A DNA stretch of 17,347 nt from Bdellovibrionia bacterium (lineage in GTDB: Bacteria; Bdellovibrionota; UBA1018), in contig JBJMMA010000210.1 in assembly GCA_045805065.1 (NCBI GenBank), positions 1-17,347 on the forward strand, written 5' to 3'. A program made the translations under genes and the position numbers. Positions 16,107 through 17,347 of the stretch are shown one piece after another; positions within the stretch are counted from its first letter, which is position 1, and the number at the start of each line of letters is the position of its first letter. The notes under the pieces are model-generated. The model saw only the letters and a list, made by a program, of their open reading frames with translations, was not told where the DNA came from and ran no database searches.

Positions 16107-17105
16107 ATGAGTGATCATCATCGCTTTCACCCGCCATTTTGGGCTCGTGGGGGCCATATTCAAACACTTCTCGGACACTTTCTGAGAAAGGGTTGCGAGC
16201 TTACGGAAGGGAAAGACGTCGATATCCCGCTTCCGGATGGGGACATGTTGGCCGCGCACCTTCATATGGGCGAATCCGACACTGTGGTTTATCTTTTTCA
16301 TGGTTTAGGCGGAAGCATCTGCTCAGGCTACATGATCAGAACCGCAAAGCTTTGCCAGGATCTTGGTCACACGGTTTTCAGAGTCAATCACCGGGGATGC
16401 GGACGCGGAAGCGAGCTTCCTCATAAATATCCTTATCACTCGGGAAGGGGAGAGGATCTTTCTGAGGCCATCGCCTTTGGCAGAAAGATGTTTCCTCAAA
16501 AAAGGCACGTAGCCGTTGGCTTTTCCTTGAGCGGAAACGCGCTTCTGCTCTTGGCTTCAGGCGAGCGTGGCACAATCCAGCCTGATGCCGCGATCGCGGT
16601 GAACGCTCCGATCGAACTTGCTGTGGCCTCAAAGAAACTCACCCAAGGTCTCAATCGGCTCTACGGATTTGTCTTTGTTCAGGACTGCCGACGGGATGTC
16701 GTCAATAAACAGAAAAAGGGTTGGCTCTCAAAAGACCTTAAAGTTCCGTTTTTCACCAACATTGCTGAGTTCGATGAACTCTACACCGGACCCCAGGCAG
16801 GCTTTAAAAATCGCGACCACTATTACGAGGTCTGTTCCGCTGCGCCTCATTTACATCGAATTGAGATTCCAACCGTTCTGATCACCGCAAAGGACGACCC
16901 TTTTGTGGATGTGAATGGTTACCTTAAAGCCAAACTCTCCCCAACGACTCGCCTTGTGGTTTCAGAGACGGGGGGACATATGGGATATCTTATGCAGGGC
17001 AAAAGGTGGTTCAGACATTCGCACTGGCTTGAGGATCAGATCGCTCGCTCTTTCAAGGAGCTAGGGTTCCCGTCGCGTAAGCAAGAGCCTTCTCACGAAG
17101 CTTGA
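16107..17105 (+). CDS. YheT-like alpha/beta hydrolase (esterase/lipase)
   Basis: GGHIQT, HGLGG, NHRGCG, PYHSG, nucleophile GFSLSG, AKDDPF, GGHMGY. ATG 16107 lies 2 nt after the YkgJ stop. Confidence 0.92.
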   Translation: MSDHHRFHPPFWARGGHIQTLLGHFLRKGCELTEGKDVDIPLPDGDMLAAHLHMGESDTVVYLFHGLGGSICSGYMIRTAKLCQDLGHTVFRVNHRGCGRGSELPHKYPYHSGRGEDLSEAIAFGRKMFPQKRHVAVGFSLSGNALLLLASGERGTIQPDAAIAVNAPIELAVASKKLTQGLNRLYGFVFVQDCRRDVVNKQKKGWLSKDLKVPFFTNIAEFDELYTGPQAGFKNRDHYYEVCSAAPHLHRIEIPTVLITAKDDPFVDVNGYLKAKLSPTTRLVVSETGGHMGYLMQGKRWFRHSHWLEDQIARSFKELGFPSRKQEPSHEA

Positions 17106-17347
17106 GATTGATCACAGCTTGAGCCTGATTGGACTGCGCCTGAACGAGAGCGGTTTGAGAAGTCAGAACATCCAGGAACGATGCTGCGCCTACTGAGAAG
17201 CGGCCGCTGACCGCTTGAAACGCTTCTTTTGCCGCCTTAAGTCCCGTCTCGGCTGATTTGAGTTGTTGCTGCGCGATTCGATAATCGTCACTTGCGATGC
17301 GAACGTCCGCGATGGTTTGAAGCTCGACCTCTTTCTGATCAATTTGC
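17053..17347 (-). CDS. TolC-family outer membrane efflux protein, C-terminal fragment (5'-truncated by the window edge)
   Basis: Manual translation: ...VRIASDDYRIAQQQLKSAETGLKAAKEAFQAVSGRFSVGAASFLDVLTSQTALVQAQSNQAQAVINLKLREKALAYATGTLAP*. Matches the OEP C-terminal pattern RF..G..S.LDVL.AQ...L..A.G. Absent from the ORF track. Confidence 0.88.
   Translation of the reverse strand, partial: QIDQKEVELQTIADVRIASDDYRIAQQQLKSAETGLKAAKEAFQAVSGRFSVGAASFLDVLTSQTALVQAQSNQAQAVINLKLREKALAYATGTLAP

Overview
Bacterial window, roughly 50% GC by eye; the gene style tentatively suggests a Bdellovibrionota/deltaproteobacteria-like organism (inference only). The first 5 kb is one large minus-strand gene that the ORF track missed because it runs off the left edge (start 5026, >1675 aa). 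It encodes a predicted lipoprotein with 14 tandem He_PIG-like Ig repeats, 13 carrying a conserved C-x15/16-C pair, followed by a TolB/PD40-like beta-propeller. The rest holds a small membrane protein, a GNAT acetyltransferase, an SDR, a secreted orphan, a Cys-rich lipoprotein, RNase R with Arg-rich low-complexity ends, an ABC1/UbiB kinase, an Ig-like lipoprotein, P5C dehydrogenase, an agmatinase-family ureohydrolase, a YkgJ Cys-cluster protein, a YheT-like hydrolase and the 3' end of a TolC-family gene (also missed by the track). Non-coding highlights are four sigma54-like -24/-12 promoters, each in front of a small exported or membrane orphan gene (two near-leaderless), inverted repeats enclosing promoters, and overlapping, mutually exclusive hairpins in a 3' UTR. 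No rRNA, tRNA, CRISPR array or mobile element was seen.
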